DNA of 64,000 nucleotides, from NCBI GenBank assembly GCA_964036045.1, contig OZ038379.1, forward strand, positions 12,152,001-12,216,000, in the 5' to 3' direction. A program made the translations under genes and the position numbers. Below, in pieces: positions 12,887-25,290 of this stretch. Source of the stretch: Eutreptiella sp. 'Long Island Sound 2002' (Eukaryota; Protista; Euglenida). The notes below the pieces were generated by a model, which was not told where the DNA came from, searched no databases, and saw nothing but the letters and a program-made list of their open reading frames with translations. How positions within the stretch are numbered: the first letter of the stretch is position 1; the number at the start of each line of letters is the position of its first letter.

Positions 12887-13059
12887 GTGTGGCCTGTGCT
12901 CCGTTTCTCCGGACCGCTACCCCCTGCCCCCAAGCCCCACCCCATTCCCCGTTGGGTCTGGGCCGCGGGCCGTGCCCGGTGTGGCGGATGGGGGCCCTTT
13001 CTGAAGGGGCCGGGCAGGCCGACTGGTGCAGCGGAGTGGCGGGGGAGGAGGGGGCCGAA

Positions 13060-13235
13060 GGGAGGCTTTGGGAGCGGTTGCAGGCGGTTGGAAAGCGGTT
13101 GGGAGGCAATTTCGGTCGGGTACAAAGCGGTGTCAGGGCCGTTGAAGGGGGCCAGAAGCGGTTAGCACAGCTGACCGGCACCCCAAAGAGGGGCGGGGGC
13201 AGGGATCCCTCCCCCCTCTTCAAGCGCACCCCCGT
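13060..13235 (+). repeat. GC-rich dispersed intronic repeat, related to 27105-27325
   Basis: Both copies share gggaggc...gcggttgg... and end in cccc(ct)cttcaagcgca. Confidence 0.5.
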
Positions 13236-14210
13236 GGATGTATTAGAACAGCTGCCAACCGTAGGTGGAGGGTCCCCCGCCCCTTGGGCCCCCTCCCCCC
13301 ACCTCCTCCCCTTCTCATGCGTTGGGGGGGGATTGCACTCTTCGCTACAGGTTCCCCCACCTATCTAATGTTTAGCAATAATCATTACTTTGCCCCTGGT
13401 GTCAGGGGAGACACAGGCTTCGGCTGCAATTTGCTTTTCATAATTTGTGCCCAGCTGCTTGTGCTGGGCCTCCGCAGTGTTCGTGTTTGTATTGCTGATC
13501 AGTGACAGACCTGGACGGAGTTTTGGGGGGGGGTGTCAAGCGCTACCAACTAACACTTCAATGGTCAGTCACACGCCAACAAACCCTCGAGACTCCCCCC
13601 CTGCTCTCGACCCCTTCCCCGAACCTCCGTTAAACAACCAGCCACAGTCAAGGGAACAGACAACAGTCAGCCAAACACAGGGGGTCACTGACAGCACCAA
13701 TTGGAAATGTTACGTTTTCGTTTTGGGCCCTCTCAGTTGGTTGTTCAACAGGTCCTGTGTGATGCATGGGTGCCTGGGCAGGCCGGTTTCACTTCTGCCC
13801 GCAACGGGGGGAGGAGAGGACGCCCAGGCACTCAAGGAGGCCAAGAGAGCAGGTTGGGATGGACAACCGTAGGAGGCAGGGGGGCTTGGGCCAGACCCAG
13901 GGCTGCTCGGCACTCGGTACCACTGGGGGTGGGGTCCCCCCCCCCCCCCACCTAGATCTACCCACCAATCCCCCCCGAAAATATTGGACCATATTTTCCT
14001 CTGGGCCTTCGGCCAATCAAAAAACTTTCTCTGGTGCCTTTGGCGCCAATTGACTGGAGTGGGAATTGGCCAAAGTCCCTCCGTGTGTTTGGCGGTCCCT
14101 CGTTGCATATGGGAGAATTATTTCAAGGAAATTACGGATTTCAGAGCCAAAACCAAAGCTATGACCCATGTGCACCGCCACCACCTTTGCCTGCTCGCTG
14201 CTCTTTGCAG

Positions 14211-14355
14211 GAATTTACTCCTGGCCAGCCGTTGTTTATTTTCGAGAACCTCTCGCTGGGTGAGAAAGCCAAGACGCCCTTAGTTGTTGGTATCAACGGC
14301 GATGTGACCCATACGTCCTTTCCTTTTGACGAGACATTCAATACCGTCCCGGAAG
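14211..14355 (+). CDS. PFOR (pyruvate:ferredoxin/NADP oxidoreductase) exon, copy 1 (phase 0 to 1); probably part of a pseudogene or chimera
   Basis: ctctttgcag| acceptor and |gtgtgt donor. EFTPGQPLFIFENLSLGEKAKTPLVVGINGDVTHTSFPFDETFNTVPE matches the PFOR EFTP...VGI.DDVTHTS.....F.TVPEG segment. Confidence 0.85.
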
Positions 14356-14890
14356 GTGTGTTGAATGACGCAGCGCCGAGCACGCTGCTGGTAGCATTGA
14401 TGCCATGAGGGCCTCAGAGCAATTACCGCCTGCTTTCCAAACAACTACGACCAGCTTTAAAATCTTTGGGGCTTCCGCAGGATTTCCATGAACAGACGTG
14501 CTTAGGTACACCAGCTCCACCAAGTGCAAGAGTGCAGACCTATTCCGTAAAGAGGGAAATTTTAGGAGAGAGCATGGCATGCCAACAGCTCAAATAGAGG
14601 CAAATCTGGAGACGCCAAGAGCCAGAATCAGCACCTCTCCCACTCTCATTTCATAAAACATTTTTCCCACTGACCACAACAAGCAACAGAGTCAATTTAT
14701 TTCTCAAACTCAAACCAGAGTGCACCAGTTTCACGCCACTTACTGTTGTTTTTTGAAATGTGATGAGCAACGTACGCATAAAGAGGGCGTTTTTTTTTTG
14801 TAGGGTTGAACACAGTGCATTGCTCGTGGTAGATTCTCTGTGAGGTGGACTTGCCAAAGGCAGTAGAATGTTTTTAAAGTTCAGCCTTTT

Positions 14891-15075
14891 CCGAACCTCT
14901 GCACAACATCGTTTGGTACCCTGAACCTCTCTGCACAACATGCCCTCCATCGTTTGGTGTCCCGAGTGTGTACAACATTCTTTGGTACCCCAGCCTCTGC
15001 ACAACATTGTTTGGTACCCTGAACCTTCTTGCACAACATCCTTTGATACCCTGAACCTTTGTGCACAACATCGGT
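14891..15075 (+). repeat. ~32-bp degenerate minisatellite, ~6 copies
   Basis: A cacaacat...tttggtacc(c)tgaacc unit recurs between 14902 and 15064. Confidence 0.75.
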
Positions 15076-15089
15076 TGCTCTCTACACAG

Positions 15090-15341
15090 AGTGGTTTTCC
15101 CTTGACGGACCGTTCACTATTGGCTGTCTTGGGTCTGTTGGAGCATCCTTGAATAGCTATGATGAGACCAACGCTTAGAGCAACACCTTTCATGGATGTG
15201 CGGAGACGTGTTATGCAGACCCCTCCTGCACAGCAATTCAGTTTGGCACAGCAGGCAAACCTCGCGAAAATGATTGCATCACCAGGAGCGCATTTTACTA
15301 CGATTCGAATGCGAATTGGGGTTCTTATCAACTCATCAGAA
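15090..15341 (+). pseudogene. Symmetric phase 1-1 exon encoding a PAN/Apple-like Cys-rich module, with an in-frame TAG at 15176-15178
   Basis: Acceptor tctctacacag|, donor |gtatgt, length 252 bp. Translation: WFSLDGPFTIGCLGSVGASLNSYDETNA*SNTFHGCAETCYADPSCTAIQFGTAGKPRENDCITRSAFYYDSNANWGSYQLIR. The C-x3-C-x5-C-x-A-x2-F...C spacing is PAN-like. It is absent from the ORF track because of the stop. Confidence 0.6.
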
Positions 15342-15656
15342 GTATGTTCATCATTGGCTCATTTGTCACATTGCCTGTCTGAAGCATGCTCTCCTCCACC
15401 ACACTGCAGCACAACAAACACCGAATTCCGAACAGGCTGCCACATAACACCCATCCCCAAATGTTGTTCAATTTGTGTAGCTATCTTGTTAAGTCTGTTG
15501 AACTAGTTGACTCGGAGTTAGAAATGCGGTGCGTGATCGACGGTCGATGGTCATATTCGACGGAGTGTGTGCACGTAGCCCGAAAAACAGTGCAATGCGA
15601 AAACCTCGGGGTGTGCACACAGGCGGCCACCTTTGCCTGCTCGCTGCTCTTTGCAG

Positions 15657-15801
15657 GAATTTACTCCTGGCCAGCCGTTGTTTATTTTCCAGAACCTCTC
15701 GCTGGGTGAGAAAGCCAAGACGCCCTTAGTTGTTGGTATCAACGGCGATGCGACCCATACGTCCTTTCCTTTTGACGAGACATTCAATACCGTCCCGGAA
15801 G
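15657..15801 (+). CDS. PFOR exon, copy 2 (phase 0 to 1)
   Basis: It differs from 14211-14355 at 2 of 145 nt (E>Q, V>A) and has the same splice sites. Confidence 0.85.
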
Positions 15802-16045
15802 GTGTGTTGAATGACGCTGTGGCCCAGTGCCGAGCATGCTGCTGGTAGCATTGATGCCATGAGGGCCTCAGAGCCCGAGAGGGGGATGCAATCACAGCCT
15901 GCTTGCCAGCCAACTACCGCCCGCTTTAAAATCTGCGGGGTTTCCGCAGGATTCCATGAACAAACGTGCTTAGGTACTGCTGGTGGAATGTTTCTGATGG
16001 GTGCGTTCATCAACAATGATTTCTTTTCGGCGTTCAGAGGCCTGA

Positions 16046-16419
<374 letters not shown>

Positions 16420-16806
16420 TGTCTCTGGCCATTTGTGCACAGAAAAGCATTTCTGTGTTTCTCACCCAGTTTGAACCCTTTGGGTGGGAGCATGTGTTAC
16501 ACTTTCCATGTGCATACTGTGTAGCATATTGGATGCTGAATATATGGACGTTGAGCGCTTGCTTTTGGGCAAGCAAAGCATTTGGTTTTGGCCCATTCCT
16601 CCCCATTTCCACAATGCTATTGAAGGGGAGATGCCTTGCTTATCATTTTTGTATTGGGTGTTCCATATAGGACAGCGACACACAAGCTGAATTTGCACAT
16701 GTTAGGTTTTTCTCTCAAGGTCGCTTAATGGCACATCTTGGTGTGCACAACATGCAGTGCATTAGAAACTGGGCTTCACAGGGGACTTGGTGTAAGGTCT
16801 GACATA

Positions 16807-17174
16807 CACCATGGATTGCTTGGAAGCTGTGGGCAAGGACACGTGATCCCCATAAGTCGCGCAGTAAGCAGGCTGAGGGGCACGTCCATGCACCAAGGAT
16901 TGCTTGGAGGCTGTGGGCAAGGACACGTGATCCCCATAAGTCGCGCAGTAAGCAGGCTGAGGGGCACGTCCATGCACCAAGGATTGCTTGGAGGCTGTGG
17001 GCAAGGACACGTGATCCCCATAAGTCGCGCAGTAAGCAGGCTGAGGGGCACGTCCATGCACCAAGGATTGCTTGGAGGCTGTGGGCAAGGACACGTGATC
17101 CCCATAAGTCGCGCAGTAAGCAGGCTGAGGGGCACGTCCATGCACCATGGATTGTTTGGAGGCTGTGGGCAAGG
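16807..17174 (+). repeat. 84-bp tandem repeat, ~4.4 near-identical copies
   Basis: cacca(t/a)ggattgcttgga...cacgtccatg starts at 16807, 16891, 16975, 17059 and 17143. Confidence 0.95.
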
Positions 17175-17454
17175 TGCCGGCTCATGCGCTCTGCCTTTGC
17201 GTGTCCCCGCTGGCACGCCCGGCAAACTCGACGCGTCTGCCAAACTAAGTACCAGTTTTTTTTTTGCACGTTTTTGGAGCTGTACTGCCGATGGTGTCAG
17301 CAGCAGCCCCGCCAGGACCTTTTGCTTAGGCCTGGTTTGGTTTCCAGCCCTCGGGCTGATGTTGGCCTCTGCTTCCATACCTAACCTCATACCATCATGA
17401 ATCTGTAGCAACCTCTCTTGTTAGCTCTTGTTAGCTCTGCCAAGCCACACAACA

Positions 17455-17479
17455 ACCCTAACCCTAACCCTTACCCTAA
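17455..17479 (+). repeat. Short interstitial telomere-like (CCCTAA)n
   Basis: aaccctaaccctaacccttaccctaa. Similar short tracts occur near 18638-18653 and 50472-50484. Confidence 0.6.
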
Positions 17480-17599
17480 TCAAGATTGAATATTGGGACC
17501 GAGCTGGTGGGGGGGGGAACATTAGCTATGACTGGTGAGGGACATCAAGAATGATTCACACATTGATGGCTCTTGAAAAGTGAAATCAGCTTGCAAGTG

Positions 17600-18567
17600 A
17601 ACCCCATCACCACGAGGCCCACTTTCAAGGCCTTTTGGACTTCTGAGGGGCCAAAATGCCCCAAAATGGGCTCAAAATGGGCTCATTTCACCCGTTGGTG
17701 CACCCCAAATGGTCTAGGATGAGGTTTGGAAAACTGCGTTTTTGACCCATTTTTGACCCATTTTTGGTCCCAAAACAGCCCATTTTCAAGGCATTTTGGG
17801 ATTTTCGGAGGACCAAAATGGGCCACCACAGGCTCAAAACGGTCCAAAAACACTTGTTTTAGCGTCGCACATGGTGTAGGATCATTTTTGAGAAAAGTCA
17901 TCCTTTTGCCCCTATTGGACCCTGTTGACCCATTTGGGCACCCATGTGTTTGGGCTTGAGCTTGCAGCTTGTTGCAGCCTAGTGGGCCTAGGTATGGGGG
18001 CCTAGGCGTCCGTTTGGGCAATTCTGAGGGGCGGAAACCACAAAAAGCGGGGGGTTGCGGGTGGAGTAGGTGCCCTCGGAATTGCATTTTGAGCCATGTA
18101 GCCAAAGATATGGCCTATTCTTGGTTTGTGGCTGTCGGCATTTGGAGCTTCTGGGGGCCTTTTTGGGCCGTTTCTCAGACATATCATGGAGCTAGAGGGC
18201 CGCAAAGAGCTCGTTGACACGGGGAAGTCAAGACTCACGTGGAGTGCACCCACCGTTTCCCTTCGTTTGGCCGTTTTGAATGTGTTCCAGGGCTTTTTTG
18301 GCCCAAAAATGACTATTTTTGGCCCTAAAGTGCAGTTTTTGAAACTGAGGTCCGCCACTTGCGGATCCCGTTCCCGGCCACCACCGTTGAGTTTCTTGCT
18401 CAAACTTTGTGTGATTGTACTTCACACCCATAGGTATCATGCACCAAAATTTCACTCAAATCCAAAGCACCACGACGGAGTTCTGATTTTTTCCCATTTC
18501 GCGCGTGCTGCTTGCTTGTTGCTTGCTGCTTGCTGCTTGCTTGCTGCTTGCTTGCTGCTTGCTTGCT
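17600..18567 (+). repeat. Dispersed repeat element ending in a (GCTT)n-like microsatellite (18506-18567)
   Basis: It is homologous to 9500-9855, has no credible ORF, and ends in gctgcttgcttgttgcttgct... . Confidence 0.6.
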
Positions 18568-21500
18568 AAACCTGGTAGGTCCACCCTAGACACTAAAAAG
18601 GGTTATAAAACCAAGACTGGTTCCACCAGCTCGGTGACCCTTACCCTAACCCTACTGGACACTGACCCAATCCTAACAATGGTGCCACTTTGTAGGGGGC
18701 TTGTCAGCGCTTGCTCGTGTGAAGCATTCTCCTGGCCCAACTGCCTGACACACGCAAAGTCATATCAATGCCGCAATTTTCAGCACCAATCAAGTCAGAA
18801 GTCCCAGGCCTTTCAGCCCCCCTCCCCCCCCCCTGCCCAGACGGTGCTGCCAATTTCGGGTGTAGGCATGTAGACTTCGCTTTGGGGCTGACCAGTACAT
18901 TCATCCTGATTCTGGTGTTCTGGCAAAACATTTCATGTGCCAACAGCTCCACAATGACCCACAGTTTTGGGTCCATCTGCATCATTGATCTGTGGTCGTG
19001 TGAGGTCGGCCCACATCTGATCTGTTTGATGATCAGTATCTCCTTATTGGCTGTCTCCCGCTTCTGCATGGAACAGCACAAAGCCTGTGGTGCAGCACCA
19101 TAGTGCTCTCCGTCCCGTCATGTATGAGGGGATCGATGAGCGCTCCACATGATGGCTCCGCAGTATGCATGCATTGTCTGTGGTATTGTAGTCAACCACT
19201 GGGTTGAAAGTTCTGCAGAGGGGTCTAATTTCTTAACCCATTTGCTGGACAGTGCAGCCTTATTCTACATGTGATGTAATAATTTTACAGAATGCCATGA
19301 GACCCAACTGTTGTGTGGGAATACGGGCAGTCTACGTGGCCTCACAGTCTGCATGCATCGTCTGTGGTGTTGGCCAACCACTGTTTTGAAAGCTCTGATT
19401 TCTCGACCCACTTACTGGACAGTGCAGTTTTTTTTCCACATACGGTGTATCAATATCACATTTCCCTGAGTACCCATTATGCTAGCAAATTGTATTTGCC
19501 TGTGATGCATTGATTTTATTGATATTGGCTGATGCTGGTTGTTAATGGTGTTCCCGAGCGCCACTGGATATGGAGTTTGTCTTTTTGGCTTGAAACATTT
19601 TCGATCCATGATGGATGGCTCAGCGCCTGGCAGAGCTGCCAATTGTCAGCGGTAAATAGACAGGGAGTGGCGACAGGTCAGTATGCAGGGGAGACAGCAC
19701 ACGCCTCGCCAACACATTTGCCTATGTGCAGGGACCTGATGGCAAGATAGAGGTATCCTATGTACATAGCAGGCAAGCCAGAGTTTGTGGCTGACAAACA
19801 CGGCCATCTCAAGAACATGGAGCTACATTGGAGAGCTGTGCATTGAGTACAGCTGTGAAAGCTGCCGAACATTGCTGCATATGCATACCAGGACGTGCAT
19901 GTGTGGAGTGCTCTTTGACCTGTGTGCGGCCAACACATTTAAAACACATCACTTTTGTCATTTGATGAAGCAGTGTTGGATCAGTCTAGCACAGCACAAC
20001 CCTATAGAGCATGTGTAACCTTTTATTTCTCACAAAACAGTGATTGCATGAATCAAATCAGCACATGCATCTACAACCACATGCACATTAGAAAAATTGG
20101 CTACCATGTGTTTTTTTTTGGGTTTTTTTGCAGATGGAATGCTTTTAGATTTGTTTGATGGACAGAAAATGGTGCATGTAGAATCATTCTTTGTTAATGT
20201 TTAATATTTTGTTAATATTTAAGAAAGACACCAAAGCACCCAGGGCAGCGTATTTGACACACCACCAAAGGACAGCCGAGGACATCAATCAGAAATTTTG
20301 ATGCAAGAAATGGTAAAAAACCATCATGGCCCAAGATACCCACAGTGGGTTTTTTTTGTCAAGCTGGATATTGGTTTTCACAAACGGCAAACAGTACATT
20401 ATCGTGATACAACAAATGCATGTACACGTTTTCCACCTAATGGCATAGCCCACAGCGATATGGTAGGGGAATTTAGGGCATATTCCAAAAAGATGTTGAC
20501 CAAAAAGAAGTTGAGGGGGATGCTTTTGGTTTGTTAGGACGGGAGGTCAAGAGTTGAAGGGAGGAGCGGGCTTTACCGGGCAAAAGGCAGTTGCAGAGGT
20601 ACAAAGCAACACAGAAACAATTCAAGCATATCCACACATTTTTCTTGGAAAACCATTTCAACAACTGTCAAGGAGCTAACTCTTTTCCTACGCACACGAC
20701 AATTTACATCTCTGCTTTTGCAGTGATTTGTGTTCATGCATATCTTGGTTCTCTCATTTCCGTTTTCAATGGTCAAACCGTCCATTGTTGTGCAAGGTAC
20801 CGGGCCAGTGTTCGCAACATTGTCCACCACCCCAAATGCTTTCTACACCGTTCCCTGGACCCAATAACCAATGTTTTGCAATGTTACAATGCCGAACACC
20901 TCAAACAAATGCGATTGCATGTTTGGACTTTTTTTCTTCATCAAAACTGACACAGGATAGGGGACCGTTGCATCACTAGGTGACAGAAGCAACTGCGACC
21001 GAATTCTCATTCCAAATGTTCTCGTTCGGCAACCTACTCCCGTATTATCTTCAAATATTCCTTATTTGCAACACAAATGCACACTAAAGTCTGCACACAT
21101 CTACACACTTTAACGAGACTTTGTTAGCAACTATTAGAAATATCCCCATCCATCTATAGCACTTCCTTTCCCGCACCAATTTCTCTTTTCCAACAGAAAC
21201 AACATTAACACATCCTCACAACCAACACCTCTACTCAGCAAGGTCCATAGTATAAAAGAAAAAAAAACATTGAAACACCAAGCCCTAAAGCCCCTTGCCA
21301 AGGCACCCACCGCATCTACCCACCAACCCCTGCCACCAAAGGACACAAGACGCAAACTCCCAACCCTTCAAAATAGAAGCAACCTAAGCTCTACTTGTGA
21401 CAGGCAAGTTTCCGCCTCAAACTAATTTTATAGGAACTTTGGGGGTTTTCTCCTTTTCTTTCTCGAAACATGATCTCTTGTTCATCTTGCACATACCCCA

Positions 21501-22820
21501 CCAAAGTCATCCCTCCCACCCCTTCTGCCGCCACCATGTACCTAAAATTTTTGGACCATTTTATTTTCTGCGCTCAATAAAAATAGGAAGCCGATGGCAT
21601 GACAACCCACACCATTCAAAAGATTGTTGCTATGTTGCAGGGTCTAATCCATTGAGTTGCCATACATATGGTTGTTGTCCTTGATGAAGTTTAGCTCGCC
21701 ATGACCACTTTTACACCCCTACTAAGGTTGCTTTCGTGTTGTGCACCCCAAAAAGTTACGCCCATGTATCACAAATCAAAGAAACGGCCCACAAAAATGT
21801 ATACAATGTATCACCGAAAAGCACTTATGCACACCAAAAAAAATTAAGGAACAATAGCCTGGACGGATACAGCTACAATCTAACTACCCGCATTATTTCA
21901 ATAATTTTTTCCGTATTAGTCATGAACTTGAGTTGCAACAATGTCCGGAGGGCGGGGGGATGAGTTGAAGGATGAAGGGGGTGCGAATGCCGGACCGATG
22001 TTTTTCATCGAAAAGGCAGGAAGAGTGCAGATGAGCCCCGTTGAGGCTGATCGAACCGTGCAATCATTCTTGCCGGTCCAATATTCGGCATTTGTGATGA
22101 CATACATAATCTTACCTCTATGACTTTGTAAGCTTAGTTTGGAATCTTATGACGATAGCATTTTGAACTATGCTGTCTGAATACGCTAAGTAGTGCAAGT
22201 GGCTCGGCTGTTCATTTGTCCCAAATCTAGCGTATGGCCTGTGAGGCCCGGAGCAGTTCTGAAAACCTAACTTCTTTGCCTTTGGCGCATATATTGAAAG
22301 AGATCTTAAATCCGTATCAAGCTACGTGACAATAGAGAATCAGAAAGGCGCCTTTTCCAAAGTTTCACAAAGACCCAAAATGGTCAAAGCCATAGACAAA
22401 GAGGGTAGCATGATGCATCCATGGGACAGAAATTGTTATGCTTTCAATGATTGTTTTTGTGTTGATGTGCTTCTGCTTGTATCTTGCTGCTTGCCTGCTC
22501 CTCTTGTTTTTGCGTACTTTGGAAACCAGGGAAAAGACCCAATCCACGGTCCGAGTACGGCACAATTCAGGATCTTATACTCCAGACATGAAGGGCTGCA
22601 GTCAAAGGGAAATACATGTACAAAGTATTCACAACAATGGATCAAACTGTGACTGCCTATTAGAAAAGATAGGTAGAAAACAAACAAATCAACATAGAAA
22701 ACTGCCCTCATGGGTATCCTCTCTGAGGCAGGGTCAGTGTAGCCTTTGTTTTTGGTCCGTTAGGTGCTGAGGTGGCATAGCTTGTGGCACTGAGGTCACT
22801 GCCATGTCACTTGCGATCTT

Positions 22821-22913
22821 CCTACTTAGCTAGGCTGGCTGGGAATTGAACCTAGGACCTATCCAAAAGAGGTACCACAGCCCTCTAGGATGCACACCAC
22901 TAGGATAAGTAGG
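22821..22913 (-). mobile_element. tRNA-derived (SINE-like) sequence with a Pol III B box
   Basis: The minus strand reads ...tagtggtgtgc...ggtcctaggttcaattcccagcc (B box GGTTCAATTCC). It is bounded by the inverted repeats cctactta/taagtagg. No intact cloverleaf is evident. Confidence 0.5.
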
Positions 22914-24889
22914 CATTCATGAAAAAATAGATAAAAATTTATATGCTCTGAGCCAGAGCAGTGCCTCAGTAATCTCAGGGTCCTATGATAAAATCAAAAT
23001 AGTTGGAGGGTTAGGGGTCCAGTATTTGGTCCTCACAACATCCATTGATTAGTGCTTGGTTTTATAGGTGAAAATGCATTATCCTCATTTTGGTGGGGCC
23101 AATGCTAAGATAAAAATGTGATATGCCTCTGTTAAAACTCAAAAAACAAGCAAGAAAAAGATGAAGCGCAGGAGCGGCGGCGGCGACGAGCAAGGCCAGA
23201 ACACGATCTCGAAATTCAAATAGGTCCAGAATCATCAACAAAGGGCTGCATAGTTATAATAATATGGAAAAAATGACATAACAACAAATGAATCGACCTC
23301 ATACCACATGCACCATGATTTCATCTTGTTATACATCTTGATGTGTCGGTTGACTTGGGTAGGAATTACCCATGAATGCCTGGCAATAGTTGCCACCTAT
23401 AGGAGTGCACATGTGCTCCACTAGGGCCTGTCCATCTACCATGTATCATATCATGTGCATGCTTGTATGATATTGTCATGTCATGTATGTATTGCCATTC
23501 CATTCCCATATATGCATCCATTTCTATGCATGCCCTCCACTCACCATTGGCATGAGCAACATTGCTCCACATTTGCCATATATCTCTCACATCAACAGCC
23601 TCAAGGCATCTTTAATACAACTAAAGCTATCCCCAAAGGCATTGAAATACACTTTTTCTTACTGAGATCTTACCCTAGCTTGCAACTCACAAGTTATTAC
23701 TCGGCCAATAGGGGTCATGGTGTGCTCCAAAAAGCAGCCTTTCTACGAAATGCCGAAAATCTCACGCCGTGACCCAAGGATGAGCGGGTTGACAACTAGT
23801 TTGGCAACAACATCCTATACTGCAAGGTTGGCATAATGCCCGGCGGTCAAAAAGGGTTGCATGTTGCTGGGTACTCGGCCGTATTGGTCAAAACAATGTG
23901 CGAGCTGCGCTGGTGGTTGGGTTGGTGATACACATCTCTTTGCGCTAAACTTGTCCTTCGGAATGCAAAAAATAGAGAGATGTTTTGTAGAACACATTCA
24001 ATTGCCCCTTATCAAAGACACCAATTTGGACCATCGCCGGAAACCGTCCAATGCAGCGCAGGTTTAACACTTGTACTGTTTTCAGAAGTGCTTCTGTTTA
24101 GAACATAAGCTACGATTGCAGCATTCACCAACACATGATGTCTGTTCAACACATCTTTACATACAAAGATTGGACATATCTCCGCACTTTTCCCTTTGTG
24201 TAGCATGTAACCTACCTTTTTGTACCACATGCAGAAGGTTCTCTAAACATGAATCAAGCCTTACCATGCTCCAATGGAGAGCACAGACTCACACATGAAA
24301 TTCTTTTGGCCATTGCGTGTAGACCTCCAACGAGTTTTTGTTTCGTAGTAAGTTAACTTATGTCTGCCAAAAACTTTGTCACCTAAGTATGATCCTTTGT
24401 GATAACATTTGGTGGCGGCAGCTTGTGTGTTAACACCATGACATTTATAGGCTGCATGTTTTTGTACAAATTGTCCTTCCACTCATCAAAACAGGATTTG
24501 GCTCCATGATATCGCTCCATACAATTGTCCATATTGCACAAACATGCATTTTGGAATGCAAAAAAAAAAATAAGGATTGTACTTCTTGGAAATCTCTTGC
24601 CAAATGCAAATTTTACTCAACTACATTGTGCATAATTGGATATGCGAATTTGCAACACATGTATACTGAGATCATGTCTCTTATTTTACGGAACTACTTA
24701 TCTTATCTTTACAAAAAACAACCAGTTTTGCTGATTCATGTTCCCTTTGCTCTCTGCCTCCATGCTATCCATGCGGGGGCTCCCATTGAGAAGCCATTTA
24801 TTTGCTCCCTACTACCAAAAGCTTCAAACTTTCCACAAAGCAGACTTGACACGCAACTGTAGAAGGGTAAGCAAGGTGCTGTCCCAGAC

Positions 24890-25290
24890 TATGAAACCCT
24901 GCCCTAACCCCATACCCAACACCGGTGCAAACCACATCCCAAACCATGTCAGTAATCCTGGTGCCAAACTAGGCTGAGTCCCTGTCCCAAACCCAATCCG
25001 GAATCCCATTGGAAACCCTTCTGCAAACACATCCACACAGCCCTCTCAGCAACCCTGTCCAAAGCCCCAGACCAATCCCTTGCCCAAACCTTTGCCAATC
25101 CCTATACCAACCCCTTCACTGGCCCCACCCCCTGGCTGTAATCCCGAACCGTGGCCTGGACCCTGTCAGGAAACCCCCAAATCCTGTCCACAAGCTTGTC
25201 CCAAGCCTCTACCCCATCCCTTTCCCAAACTGTATGCATTCCCCTGCAGGGCACTCCTCTAGCACCAAGTCCACCCTAGCAGATGATTCC
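24890..25290 (+). repeat. Degenerate C-rich ~12-bp periodic repeat (cccaaaccc-like)
   Basis: Recurring ccctgtcccaaaccc variants give the PNPIPN-like translations. Confidence 0.6.

Noticed and set aside
16715-17411. Repeat-protein ORFs over the 84-bp array
   Set aside because: Four overlapping frames on both strands are open only because the unit is a multiple of 3. There are no splice or start signals and no domain similarity.
17455-17479. Telomere or chromosome-fusion site
   Set aside because: It has only about four imperfect units embedded in dispersed repeats, with no head-to-head arrangement.
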